Positions 1 to 12,899 of a DNA stretch of 64,000 nt are shown here, in pieces (position 1 is the first letter of the stretch; every line of letters begins with the position of its first letter). The notes under the pieces are model-generated. The model was not told the DNA's origin. It saw only the letters and a list, made by a program, of their open reading frames with translations, and ran no database searches. The stretch lies in the NCBI RefSeq assembly GCF_009914755.1, contig NC_060932.1. One strand, 5' to 3'. The DNA is from the human T2T-CHM13v2.0 reference genome, Homo sapiens. Made by a program: the position numbers and the translations under genes.

Positions 1-194
1 TGCCTCAGCCTCCTGAGTAGCTGGGATTACAGGAGTAACTCATGCCACCATACCCGGCTATTTTTTGTATTTTTAGTAGAGACGGGGTTTCACCATGTTG
101 GCCAGACTGGTCTCAAACTCTTGGCCTCAAGCGATCTGCCCACCTCGGCCACCCAAAGTGCTTGGATTACAGGAGTGGGCCACACACTCAGCCT
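1..194 (-). mobile_element. Alu SINE (partial, cut by window edge)
   Basis: Antisense Alu motifs: GCCTCAGCCTCCTGAGTAGCTGGGATTACAGG, TTTTTGTATTTTTAGTAGAGACGGGGTTTCACCATGTTGGCCAG, CCCAAAGTGCT. Confidence 0.95.
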
Positions 195-687
195 CAATGT
201 CTTAATATGACCCACAGGGCCTAGGAGAACTTTGCACTTGATGCTGCCCAAGGCCCCCATCCTCACTCATTTGTTGACTCAGTCTCACTAATTTTGGGGG
301 GTTCTTTGTAGATGTCACATCTTCTGAAAAGCCTTCCTTATGGGCCACCCTGCCCCCAGCTGACAGGGTGAGGTGTACTGTCCCTACTCTGCTTCCAGCA
401 TCACTCTGTTCTGGAATTATTTATGCATATTTACCTTCCATTAGACTGTGAGTTGTGTGTCATGGGGACTCTGTATCATTCATTCTTTGTCACAGAGCAC
501 AGAAGCCCTTCAATTAATATTTGTTGAAATAATAGGAAGAGTAATCAATAATTAAATGTTCAGCAAATCAATGAGTGAGTGGAATGCCTGCACTAATCAT
601 GTTTCTGCCACTTACTAATGCACAACTTTGGCCAGTGCTATATCTTTCTATCTCTTGCCTTCGTTTCTCACCTGTGAAATTAAAGTA

Positions 688-1193
688 CAGTTGATCCTTG
701 AACAATACAGGCTGAATCGCACAAGTCCACTTATACACAGAGATTTTTTTCAATAAAAGTTACAGCAAGCGTGCCTGCCTGTCCTGCTTCCCCTTCTGTC
801 TACTCTACCTCCTTTACCTCTGCCACTCCTGAGACAGCAGGATGAACCCCTTCTCTTTCTCCTCCCCCTCAGCCCACTTCATGTGAAGATGATGAGGATG
901 AAGACCTTTATTATGATCCACTTCCACTTAAGGAATAGGAAACAGATTTTCTCTTCCTTATGATTTTCTTAATAACATTGTCTTTTCTCTAGCTTACTCT
1001 ATTGTAAGAACGCAATATACAATACATATAACATATAAAATGTGTGTTAAACAACTTTATGTTAGTGGTGAGGCTTCCAGTCAACAGTAGGCTTGTAGAA
1101 GTTAAGTTTGGGGACAGTAAAAATTTATATACAAATTTTCGACTGTGGGGAGGGTCAGCACTCCTAACTCCTGCATTGTTCTAGGGTCAATTG
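688..1193 (+). mobile_element. Tigger2a/MER28-like non-autonomous TcMar-Tigger DNA transposon
   Basis: Terminal inverted repeats CAGTTGATCCTTGAACAATACAG ... CTGCATTGTTCTAGGGTCAATTG with TA duplications at 686-687 and 1194-1195; internal GATGAAGACCTTTAT..GATCCACTTCCACTTAA matches the recalled Tigger2 3' region. Confidence 0.85.
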
Positions 1194-1244
1194 TAATGAC
1201 AGATACTCCAAAGGATATAGCAGTGAAATATATCCTTTATAGAA

Positions 1245-2290
1245 GTAAAGTTCCTGCCCTTAAGAGCTCATAGTCTAGAGTGATGGGGAGGGACAGAAAA
1301 TTAACAAGCATTTACAATACAGGATAAATTTGAAAGCACAGAGTAGGAGCTTCCAGACCATTCTAGAATAAGGGATATGACAAATAAATATATGGAATGA
1401 CAAACAGTGAATAAATGTAGGGCAAGAAAGCAAAGCAGGGCAAAAGGCATGGGGAGTTTCATGTTGGAGAGGTTGGTTATGTCACATAAGATGGTCAGAA
1501 ATAGTCTCTCATAAGGAAATGAGAATGCAATACTGCAATTAGTTGAGGAAAAGGAATCCAAGGCAGAAAGGACAGCAAGTGCAAAGTATGAAGCCAGCCC
1601 AGGTGAGGGTGTCTGAGGGAAACCCTTGTATTTTTATGCTTTTTCTCTTGCATTCACTTCCCCAGGGGAGGACCCCAGAAGCTCCTACCAAATGTACCCA
1701 CTGCATCTGAAAGCAGCTTCTGCCTTCAGTATCTGAGGTCTTCCTACATGCCAGCTGAACTAAAAATCAGTTACCTGCAGGTCTTCTTTGCCTATTCTCA
1801 TTTGACCTAGGAGCCTGGGCAGCAAGTTTCCCGCCTCTTCCCTTCTGGTCTTCGTGATCTTCATCACTGAAAATCCCTTAAGGTAATGATCTTCTAAGGA
1901 CAGTGATCCCAAGGCAATGGGAGCCAATGGTGGAGACACATTATCAAATCTCCATTTTATAAAAATAAAACATATCAATTTGTCTGCAGTATGAACCACA
2001 CATTGGAGAGAGCAAGATAGCTCTCTTCTAACTGGAAAACCAGTTAGAAGGCTGTTGCATCAGTCCAGTGAGCGATGATGGTGACCTAAATCTAAGTAAC
2101 AGCAGTAAGGATAAAAGGTACTAGGATGGTAGAACTGATGGGGCTTGGCAACTGATTAAATGTGGGCCCACGTGGAAACGGGAGGGCTCCAGGGTGACTT
2201 CTGGCTGTTACTTTGGCAACCAGAGTTTGGGAGTGCCATGCACTGAGATAAAGAGAAGCAGAAGCAGGGTAGAGAAAGATGATGTTCTTA
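1245..2290 (-). mobile_element. L2 LINE fragments (old, interrupted)
   Basis: Antisense L2-like motifs GTTCCTGCCCTTAAGAGCTCATAGTCTAG and CAGTTAGAAGGCTGTTGCATCAGTCCAGTGAGCGATGATGGTGACC; boundaries approximate. Confidence 0.5.
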
Positions 2291-3652
2291 ACCACATCCC
2301 GGACTATCTTAGGATTTGTTAAAGAGCAATCAACAAGGATATCACAGAATCCATATGTATGTAGTTGAACAGATGAAACTTACAAGTGTAAATAATTAGG
2401 GGATATTTTGAAGCAGGACATAATTAGTTGCAAAAATATATGCTTGGGACTACCAACCGGTGCAAAGGATGCAGGAAGGCTTGAGGTCATGGGGCAGTCA
2501 TAAGGAAAGCACATGAGACCATGATTTGAGTTTTGAAGATTTAAATGAGTAGAGAGAAATAAGTGATGAGGAAATGGTGACCAGGCTCGTTACCTAAACA
2601 AAGCCACAGCTGCAAGAGTGAGGGAGCTGTGTTTGAGAAGCAGTGACTCAAAGAAATATATAAAAATTCTCCATAGCTATATCTGAAGTATAGCTATAGT
2701 CCAGGATGCACTGAAATTAATGAAGAGATCATAATACTGGTGAACAAATATTCTGGGAATATAAGTTGTACAAGGTGGGCACTGGTAGATCTCCTGTGGG
2801 GTTTAGTTGAAGGGCATGAGTTGTGAAGTTAGATATGATTCTGTTCACATCCTGGAATCATTGCTAATGAACTTTATGGTTTGGGCAAGTGAACTCATCT
2901 TTGCAAGTCTTAAGTCTCCTGTGTGAAAATGAGAACAGTAATACTTTGCTATACTCTAACGAATAAATGAGATGGTGTGGAGTACACACTCAACATATAT
3001 TCATTCCTTTCTGCCACTCATTTTGAGTCCCGGCTCATCATGAGATATCTGAACAGGGTCCCCTGATATGCTGTATGGAATTGATCTCAGCATCAGTTGA
3101 CACCAAAGAAGTTTAAGCTCATGGTCACATAAAGAAACCACTATAAACTAATTTGCTTATAGGGCGAGTTGTAACCGTAAGCCTGAACGTACTGAATATG
3201 CTCAATAAATTGCAAATAACTTACAGACATCAATGCCATGTGAATGTGGTATCAACTGGCTGCTGGTCTGCCCTCATGGGTTGATCAACCTATCTCCTTA
3301 GCCAGTAGGAGCAGGGCACAGCTGGGTCCATGTTCCCATTCATTTCTGCTGCTGCCCTGGCCCTCTTTCCCTGCTTCCATGTCCGGGCATCAGTGCTGAA
3401 TTTAGCTCCCTCAGATTTAGTCCTGAAAGTTACAAGCTTTGTGCAATTGGAAGACTAAATGCTATTCTGTTGCTTTTGCTCATAAACTGCAATTTGAGTG
3501 AAATAGCTTGTTTTTCATTAATATATATATTTCTTTTTCTCGTTTTCTAAAAATTGCTTAATATATTTAATTATTCCCTTTATTTCCATACCTACTCATA
3601 TTCCTCAGACCACCTTCCCAATGGGCAACTATTCTAAAATTCTTAAAGCACA

Positions 3653-3945
3653 GGCCGGGCACGGTGGCTCACATCTGTACTCCCAGCACTTTGGGAGGTG
3701 GAGGCAGGTGAATCACCCCAAGTTGGGAGTTCAAGACCAGCCTGGCCAACATGGTGAAACCCTGTCTTTACTACAAACACAAAAAGTAGCCAGGCATGGT
3801 GGCGCACGCCTGTAGTCCCAGCCAGTCGGGAGGCTCAGGCACAAGAATTGCTTGAGCCCAGGAAGTAGAGGCTACAATGAGCCAGGATCATGCCACTGCA
3901 CTCTGGCCAGGGTGACAGAGTGAGACTTCATCTGAAAAATGAAAT
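3653..3945 (+). mobile_element. Alu (S/J-type), full length
   Basis: Starts GGCCGGGCACGGTGGCTCAC, dimeric, short A-tail; 17-bp TSD AAAATTCTTAAA(G/A)CACA at 3636-3652 and 3946-3962. Confidence 0.97.
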
Positions 3946-6019
3946 AAAATTCTTAAAACACATCATTTTGCATATATGTGTTTCATGAATGGATTAAATG
4001 ATAATATACTTAGTCAATTTTTTTGTTGTTGTTTTTCTTCCTCCACCTCCTTGACTTCCTTTCCTGGGCTGTGAACATCTCCAGGATGGGTACCTGCCTG
4101 CTTAGTCTCTCCAGAGCCTAAGTCTCTCCAGAGTTTAGAACAGTCTCCATATAGTGATTCTCAAAAAAAACAACAAATGCATATGGGTCCAGGTTGAACC
4201 AAATTCTAAATGTTCCAGAGAACTAAAGGTTACACACATGAAATGTTTATAATGCAATTCAAAATATTTCATTATGCTTGCTGACACAATTTGTGGATGC
4301 AGTAGCTGAGCTCCCTACAAACTGTTAAGAACCAATCAGGTCTCTGAGAGAGAATTTGAGGAGTAAAACAGAGGGCTTCAGTTCAGTGCACTGATTGTGA
4401 TTCTTATTACAAATGGTACCACTTAATTCTCTTGTTCCAGACTTTGCTCCACATTGAGATAACCATGGTTTTACAGAAAGAATCCTGGAGTCCCAAGACC
4501 CATGATTAAATCCCCCTTATAAGCTCTTATCATTTCAGGTTATTTATTTATTTATTTTACTTTTTAAGGTGGCCAGACTTTAAACACAGGGAATAAGCAG
4601 CATTTGATATATATAAATATAAGAATTTGCATGGGACACAACTGGGACTTTGAAGTAAAACATTATCAGGGATGGAAACAGCTCTAGAGATCAACTACTT
4701 TTTTACACTCTCTCTCGAGGGCCACACTGTGAAGTAGTATGCAGGGAGGGGAAGATGTTTATGGACCTGATATTCTGCCAGTGAAAACATACAAGCTGTT
4801 AAATATTGAAAAACTCTCAAACTAGTTGATAAATAAGTTCCATCCCACCTCAGGTTCTTAGCCCCAACTGCTCTATCTTTCTGCTGGGGTCTTCATTGAC
4901 TTTCAGATTTTCCTACATAACAGCTGGAGTAATGTCAGGTGGCGCAGGTACTGAGGTCCTGCTCAGGTACCAGTCCTCCCATTTAGGAGCTCTGTTCTAG
5001 TTCATCATACCCTTGCTAAGCTGGCTGTTGGCTACTTTAGACAGGCTTGTGTGTGTGTATGCATATGTGACTATGTCTGTGTGTATCTCCGTGCCTCTCT
5101 TTCTCTGCTTCTTTCTGCACAAGGATTCCATTCTCCTCTCTCTGACATAAGGCTTCACGTGCCTATCCCTGGTTTCTCTTCCCTTATCACCTAAGCCTGC
5201 ACAGAACTAACATGACCTCACTGCCCCTTCTTCATATCCTCACCCATACGTCTCAGCTTCTGTTTCTAGCTTCCAGTTTCAAATTCCTGGTGGCAGGAAC
5301 GACATTGACCCAGTTAACTTTTCTATTCAAAGTCACATCACTGAGTCCTAGCTACCTTGATCTGACCTCCAAGAAAGCAGGGTGGGGGAAGACGATGGTT
5401 CAGCTTCCCTTGGAAGGGTTTGAGTATGGAATTGATCTCCACGGAACAAATAGTTTCTGTAGAAAGTAATTCTGAACTCGTTTGTAAAAATTCTTTTGAA
5501 AGAGCCTGGAACATAGTGGAGATTCAATAAATCCCTTCCAAAGCTGACTCTGTGAGAAGCTAGAAGTCAGTTCAAGATCAGTTCCATCACCTATCACCTG
5601 GGATGTTAAACTTGGTGAGCTCTCTGAGCTTCTGTATTTCACAATGCAAAGTGAAGATGAGTAGCATTTCTACTTTATGAGACTATTGTGAGATTGAAAT
5701 AAGAAGTTCCCTGTGTGTGATAGTAAAGATTAAGAGCTTTGGGGTCTATGAAACTTCTTCTACTCATTAGCCAGAGGATTGGAGGCAAATCATTTAACAC
5801 TGTATATCAAACAATTCCCGATAATTGGAGTTGAGGTTTTTGGAAAATTGAAGCAACTCACATAGTCTAAGGCAATCTCCTGTCCAGGTTGGAAAGGGAA
5901 CTTTGGCTGGTGAAGCCTGTGAAACTTTCTTTCTAGGGCAATACCACGGGACATTTGTTCCACTCCAGTTTCACATTTCTACAAGGAAGCATCCGACTGG
6001 CTCAGCTTTGATTACTGTA

Positions 6020-6215
6020 TGCAATAGACTGAATGTTTATGTCCCCACCCCAAATTCATCTGCTGAAATCGAATCCCCATTGTAATGGTATTTGGACACA
6101 GGGCCTTTGGGAGGTGACTGGGTCATGACGGTAGAGTCCTCATCAACAGCATTAGTGCCCTGATAAAAGAGTTCCCAGAGAATGCCTTTGCTCCTTCTAC
6201 CATGTGAGGACACAG

Positions 6216-6246
<31 letters not shown>

Positions 6247-6410
6247 AGTTGCCTATAAATCAGGAATCAGGCCCTCACCAGATAACCCAAATCTGCCTGC
6301 ACCTTGATCTTGGACTTCCAGCCTTCAAGACTGCAAGGAACAAATCTCTGTTGTTTGTAAGCCACCCAGTCTATAGTATTCTGTTCTAGCACTCCAAATG
6401 GATTAAGGCA
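6020..6410 (+). mobile_element. MLT1A-type MaLR solo LTR
   Basis: TG...CA ends; GAATGTTTATGTCCCC..AAATTCAT, GGGCCTTTGGGAGGTGA, CACCTTGATCTTGGACTTCCAGCC, TAAGCCACCCAGTCTATAGTATT; contains a pure A30 run. Confidence 0.85.
6216..6245 (+). repeat. Poly(A)30 homopolymer inside MLT1A
   Basis: 30 consecutive A read directly. Confidence 0.95.
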
Positions 6411-7615
6411 CTCTCTTTCCCTAAACGGGTCAGCCTTGGCTCAAGGACAGTTGGGTTGGGATGAGAAGAGTAAAAGGAACCTCCCCGCATGACAACGAGG
6501 GCAATCACTATGGGTGAAGAATGAATGACAGAAAGCACTTAGCTCACTGTCAGACACATAATAGGGCCTCAGTGCAGCGTTGCTGTGTGATAGCGTTTTG
6601 CAAAGTGTGAGATCCTTATTCTCCTACATGACTATCAGGTTGCTGACATTGTACTACATTCCAGAGGGCAGAGAGAAGTATAAGAAATGGCCCTGCCTTC
6701 TAGAATCTTACAGTCTAGATGAGAAAAATAACAATGCATACTTATAGGCTTGATTTTATAATACAGATTATAAGCACAAAAGGACAAAGCGGAGCACCTT
6801 AACAGAGGGAGGGGTGAGAGCAAATGAAAAAAAAAATTCCAAGAGACAAATAGAAGTGTTGTAAGAAAAATAATTTGGAAAAAATTGATTTTGAGGCTAG
6901 ACTAGAAAGTAATTTTCTATTCCATTTCCTGGGCAGTCTCATACCCATAACAAAAACAGACTTATTTATAACACCATTGATTGTCTTGTATATAGAGTTA
7001 AGAATATAAAATAGGAGGGGGGCACATTCCATTTTGACAGATGCAGAAATAATAAGAAAAACGCAGTCATCATTCCTCCACTGCTCCCTCTGGATCTTTT
7101 CTGTTTTCTCTGACTCCCTGCCTTGCCAAGCAATTTAGTTTTATCCCTACGAATGAAGCAATTTACATGATTTGAGTTTGGCTTTGTTTGTGTATTACTG
7201 AGAAATGTCCTATACCTCCACCATCAATTACCTTGAACAATATCGTAAGGATTTATTAAAAAATAGATTTAAGCAAAACATATCTTTCACACACAGAGAG
7301 AATCAGACTATAGCATTAGAAGATAAATTAACATTTCCACTAATCTAATCCAGGCTGTCTGTGAAACATTTCTTAATAAGATAGACGAAAGGGCTGCATT
7401 CTGCTTATGCGCCAGCCTGTGGATTTTCACTGGGGCTCTGCCTCGCACCTCCACTTTATGTTCTTTCTCACACAGGCATTTCAATATTGCCGCATTCAGA
7501 TTTCCTGCAGTGAGAGGCGATTTCATAATGAACGGTCCTGCCGCGCAGCAAGGCCAAGGATAGTTTGGACATGACACCTTCAAAGGAAATCTCTGTTCTA
7601 GAGCTTAGAGACTGG

Positions 7616-7618
<3 letters not shown>

Positions 7619-7668
<50 letters not shown>
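7619..7668. repeat. (GT)25 microsatellite
   Basis: Perfect GT dinucleotide run read directly. Confidence 0.98.
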
Positions 7669-7671
<3 letters not shown>

Positions 7672-7769
7672 ATGCTGAGGCTTCCTTCAAAGAGCTAGCT
7701 GGTCCAGGAAGGAAGAATAATTCTGATCTTATCTCTTCCTTATTCCACAAGAAAGTAAAAATACCCAAC

Positions 7770-7985
7770 ATTTTTCATGCTGTGTTCTGGGATTTTTATA
7801 CCTATTAATACTCATTAAAGCTTCAAAATAACTGAGTAAGGCCCATAGGATTATTATCACCATTTTATAGATGAGGAAACTAAGGCACAGAGAGGTTAAG
7901 AAAGCTGGCCAGATGGACGAACTGGTGGTACACTCTGGAGGCAGGTTTTGAACAGAGGTAATTTGACCCTAGAGCTTATACTCCT
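7770..7985 (-). mobile_element. MIR SINE
   Basis: Core CATTTTATAGATGAGGAAACTAAGGCACAGAGAGGTTAAG; continues after the L1 insertion at ~8400. Confidence 0.75.
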
Positions 7986-8396
7986 TTTCACTGTTTACTA
8001 GATTTATGAGTTACATGTGCATGGTTGCTACATGGCTATATTGCATAATGGTGAGGTTTGGTCTTCTAGTGTACCCACCATCTGAATAGTGAGCATTGTA
8101 CCCAAGCTCAGTATACAGAAATAATAATATTACAGTATACAGAAATATTATAATGTACAGAAATAATATTCTATATATTCTTTTTTCCCAACCTTCCCCC
8201 TTTTGGAGTTCCCAGTGACTACTATTTCCCTCTGTAGGCCCACGTGTACACATTGCTCAGCTCTCACTTATAAGTGGAAACATGTAGCATTTGATTTTCT
8301 GTTTCTGAGTTATTTCTCTTGGGATAATGGCCTCCGGTTCCACCCATGATGCTGCAAAATGATTTTATTCTTTTTTATGGCTGTATAGTATTCCAC
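7986..8396 (-). mobile_element. L1PB-like 3' fragment inserted in MIR
   Basis: Antisense L1 3'UTR (TACATGTGCATGGTTGCTACATGGCTATATTGCATAATGGTGAGG; CTCACTTATAAGTG); degenerate TSD AGAGCTTATACTCCT (7971-7985) / AGAGTTTATGCTCTT (8397-8411). Confidence 0.75.
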
Positions 8397-8935
8397 AGAG
8401 TTTATGCTCTTAATCCTTAATCATACTACCAGAAGACATTTTGAGGACCCTCCTACACATACACCAGCACCCAGAATATGATCCTGAAAAAAAAAACAAT
8501 TTAAAATGTAGTCACTAATTGAAATAGTCAATTTCAGATCCTTGGCTCCAGACAAAATGGCTACACAGATCAACTTGATCTGGAAACATAACTCTGGTCT
8601 TTTATTTCCCCCTCTGCCCCACTTACTGTCAATTATTTTCCATTCCCATTCTCACCAATGAATACTACTATGCTGTACAGATAGGAGAGCTGCCATCCCC
8701 CTGCACTCTGCAGAAGTTACCCCATTTAGGGTATAATGGCCTGTTGTGGGTGCCATGGTTATTGTTATTATTATATAGTTATGAAGTGCTCATTATATTC
8801 TAGTACTCATATTCTAAGCACTTCATATGCATTATATTATTTAAACCACATCCCAACTCCATATGGGTTACTGCTGCTATCCCCATATTTTCAGAGTTTG
8901 AGAATGAAATGAGATTTTGCATTTAAAGCCCATTG

Positions 8936-9178
8936 CTTATTTCACTTAGCATAATGTCCTCTAGGTTCACCCATGTTGTCACAAGTCATAAGATTTCCTT
9001 CTTTTTGAAGGCTGTATAGTGTTTCATTGTGTTTTTATATCACATTTTCTTTATCAGTTGATCACTTGATGGACACTTATGTTGCTTCCCTATCTTGCCT
9101 GTTGTGAATAATGCTACAGTGTACATGGGACTATGGCTACCTCAATTATTATTTGTCAGTTAAAAATAACATATTTTT
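8936..9178. mobile_element. Old L1MA-like insertion with 5' inversion, inside a MIR
   Basis: Antisense L1 segment CTTATTTCACTTAGCATAATGTCCTCTAGGTTCACCCATGTTGTC, then a sense L1MA-like terminus CAATTATTATTTGTCAGTTAAAAATAA; TSD AAGC(C/T)CATTG at 8926-8935 and 9179-9188; MIR tail resumes afterwards. Confidence 0.65.
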
Positions 9179-9509
9179 AAGCTCATTGATCAGTAACTAG
9201 TTCATAGAAAGCACCCAAAAATGTCAGCTGTTGTCATTACCATCATCTTTATCTGTTATTATTATTGTACTTTTTACTATTGCTTTAACACAGCTCATAG
9301 GGAATGTAGCACAGATTAGAACTTGGATCTGTGCGCCTCCAAAGCCTATCCCTTCGTCATCCCCATAAAGCCTCTGTGTAGAAATCGGCAACCAAAATGG
9401 TGAAAGAGCTATGAGCCAGCATATCTGGAGTGGTTAACAGACAGGATGTGTTCAGTGGGGTGTAGCTAAGACCCAGGGAAGTGGAAATAATATTCTGTAT
9501 ATTTTTTGC

Positions 9510-9765
9510 CACTGAAGGGCCTATGTGGGACCAACAGTCAAGACTTCAGAAAGGCAATGTTTAACTCTACTTGTGGAGCATTGTCACAATCTTTCCTTAC
9601 TAACAATGAAATAGGATTTTCTGCATGGTAGCTGGTATTTTTATCCCTAGGAATACTAACTTAGAAGATATACAACTATCCGTCAGAGACCATGAAAAGA
9701 ATTTCTTGAGGTAGTGTCATGAGTTAACTTCAACCACCCCCTACAAATGAAATTCTATGATTCAT
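9510..9765 (+). mobile_element. L3/CR1 (or MIR3) 3' remnant
   Basis: Weak similarity to the recalled L3 3' end, terminating in ATTCTATGATTC. Confidence 0.35.
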
Positions 9766-11445
9766 ACAGAAGTCTGGCAGCCTAGGAAATTTCCCTTCCT
9801 TGTCCCAACGCAGACACAAGTTGCAAACCTTCTCCTTTGTTTACCTTCTATTCCATCCCTTTCAAATTTCAGGACCTCAAAACTTATCTGATAAAATAAT
9901 GGTCTTAATGTATCTCATTTTCAGTGAATCAATATCTTACTCCTTCTAGTGAATTTGTTTTAAAACAACCAAAAATATTAATTACATAAATAAAATATGT
10001 ATATTAAGGAAAATTAGAAAATATTTTTAAAAGACAATTATGAAACAAAATTACAAAATCTAAGAAAAAGAAAGAAGATAACTTATCTATAATCTCTATC
10101 AATATGTTGATACATATTTTCCCAACCCCTTTTTAACTTTTTGCAATTTGAAAGATGAATTCTGAAAACACAGATATGGCTCTAAATATAGAAATGTTCT
10201 GTAGAGTGGAAATTATACATATTTTCATTGCAGTAGACCAAATATTGAGCACTTAACTATATGCTAAACATTGTGTAAGTTACTAACAATACACAATCAA
10301 ATAAGCCAGGATTCCTTCTTTCAAGACTCTCAAAGTCTAGGGCAGGAAACAGCACATAAATAAACATTAATAAAAGTATGCGTATAATAAGAGGTTCTGT
10401 AACAATAAGCATATATAGGTTTATTCGTGCTCCTAAAAATAATAATGGCCATAATCACAGTAACTAACAGTGATCAAAATTTTACATTTACTTTAGCTAG
10501 TTTTCACCTTAAGACAACCTTGGGAGTTGACACGCATTTTTATCTTAATTTCCATTTTAAGGTAAACAGAGAAATATAATGGAAAATCTGTGGGCTTCAG
10601 AACCAAGGAGATTTACATTCAACTCTAGATTCTGGTTCTGACTGGCCACATAGCCCTAAACTGTCACTTAATATATTCAACTACCTCTCACGGTTGCTTT
10701 CAGGTTTAGAATTGACATCTGTAATGTGCCTGACACGTGGCAGGTAGTCCCGAAAATGCAGCTTTTATTACTGAACAAAGCTCAGAATAAGTCAGTGATT
10801 TGTCCAAGTTCACACAAGTAGTGAACAGAGTAGGAACTCTAAAACAAAGTGTCTGATTCTAATCCTGTCTTCCTCCGCAGCACCACTTATAGCACTTAGG
10901 CAATCATCTATTGTAGGCAATGGGACGGTTCGAAAATAGAGCAGGTGCTACATAAATATCTCCACGTATCTATATATATACATTTTACATATTTTTCTCA
11001 GTTCTCTTTTCTTCTTAAGTGACCAGAAAAAAGAAAAGGTCAAATAAAAGTTGGTTTTTTTTTCCATTGAAAATCTGCTGCCCAAATTCCCAGTTCACAG
11101 TCCCCAACATCAATAGTACAGGCTGCAATTAAAAGAGGAAATGAGAGGGACTCATTATGCCTATGGAGAAATCCATCCTATAACTGCAAAACCTGCAAAG
11201 TAACTCTGTTCATAGGATATGGGCCATTTACCTTCTAGGCTATGACTCCACTGTCCTGTGGACTGGGCTGAAAAGCCCACCCGAGACCTCTCAAGATACC
11301 TGTTTAGTTTCCATTTTAATTTAATGGGTAATGAGTTCCCTTTATGGAAGATACTCACTTTCCTTAGCTCTCTGTAATAATGAAACAGGGCTGCTAAAGA
11401 AAACACAGAGCGGTGGTGAAGAGAAAACCCCAGTCAACCAGGCCA

Positions 11446-11489
11446 CTGCCTGCTGACCATGAGTCAGCAGGTAGCACTGTTATGCAACA
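11446..11489. promoter_or_regulatory. Candidate bZIP motif cluster (NF-E2/Maf/AP-1 plus C/EBP-like)
   Basis: ATGAGTCAGCA (11459-11469; reverse complement TGCTGACTCAT) inside a palindrome with a second TGCTGAC half-site; TTATGCAAC about 10 bp downstream; lies in non-repetitive DNA. Confidence 0.3.
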
Positions 11490-11934
11490 TGAATGCTGAA
11501 ATGAGCCGCACGATCTGAGAACAACCACAGAAGCTGGAGTTGCAAGAAACCTTAGAGCATTCTTTTTCAAAACAGATTTTTTAACTCATTCCACAATCAG
11601 AAGTACATTTTACAATTACAAGCTAACACACATGTATAAATACATAAACAAAAAACTTTCATAAAACAATTGTTATCCTTACCACAGGGGATGCAGTCCA
11701 ATATTGCCTATTCTGATCCATTCTCTTCTTTACTACTTGACAGTAAGTTAATTTCTCAACATGCTATTAATCACCACATGTGGTTTGGTTGAAAAAAAAA
11801 AAGCTGCTTTGAAGAATATCTCATTCAATCCTCTATGCAATGTCCATGCAAGTTCTGATTCATGCCAGCATGGGGTACTCTTTAAGAATGTCAAAATCAT
11901 TCAAGACATATGAGTTTACAGAAAATGATGAAAG

Positions 11935-12110
11935 AATAATAATCTTCACCTACCATTGTGAACACTTCCTAGGAACTAGGCTCCATGCTGGGGCTCCAAA
12001 TCTATATACTATTTTATCGTTACAGCAAGCCATTTAGATGGTTCTGTTATCACCCCTGTTTTACAGATGAGGAAATTGAGGCCTCCACTGAAGGCTAGCT
12101 ATTTCTTACA
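11935..12110 (-). mobile_element. MIR SINE
   Basis: CCCCTGTTTTACAGATGAGGAAATTGAGGC core. Confidence 0.65.
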
Positions 12111-12358
12111 AAGGGTCACTTGGAGCTCAGTTATTTGCAGTTAATCCATTAATCATCATCTAGTCCATTTAATCATCTAATCCATTTGGTACTCTGTCAT
12201 CGGCAGGAGAGATGATACTAGCGACTAAAGCTTTTGTTACATTTGCTTTTCCTCTTGGATGTCACTTGACCCTGGCACTTGAGCCCTTTTTGATCTTGCC
12301 CTACTTTCTGTAATAGGAAGTTCACTGGTGTGTACAGCCACAGTTAGCCCTGGAATGA

Positions 12359-12899
<541 letters not shown>

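Noticed and set aside
1210-1238. 10-bp inverted repeat AAAGGATATA / TATATCCTTT (similar 9-bp stem near 2673-2697)
   Set aside because: Short AT-rich stems of this size are expected by chance in 64 kb; no RNA-gene context.
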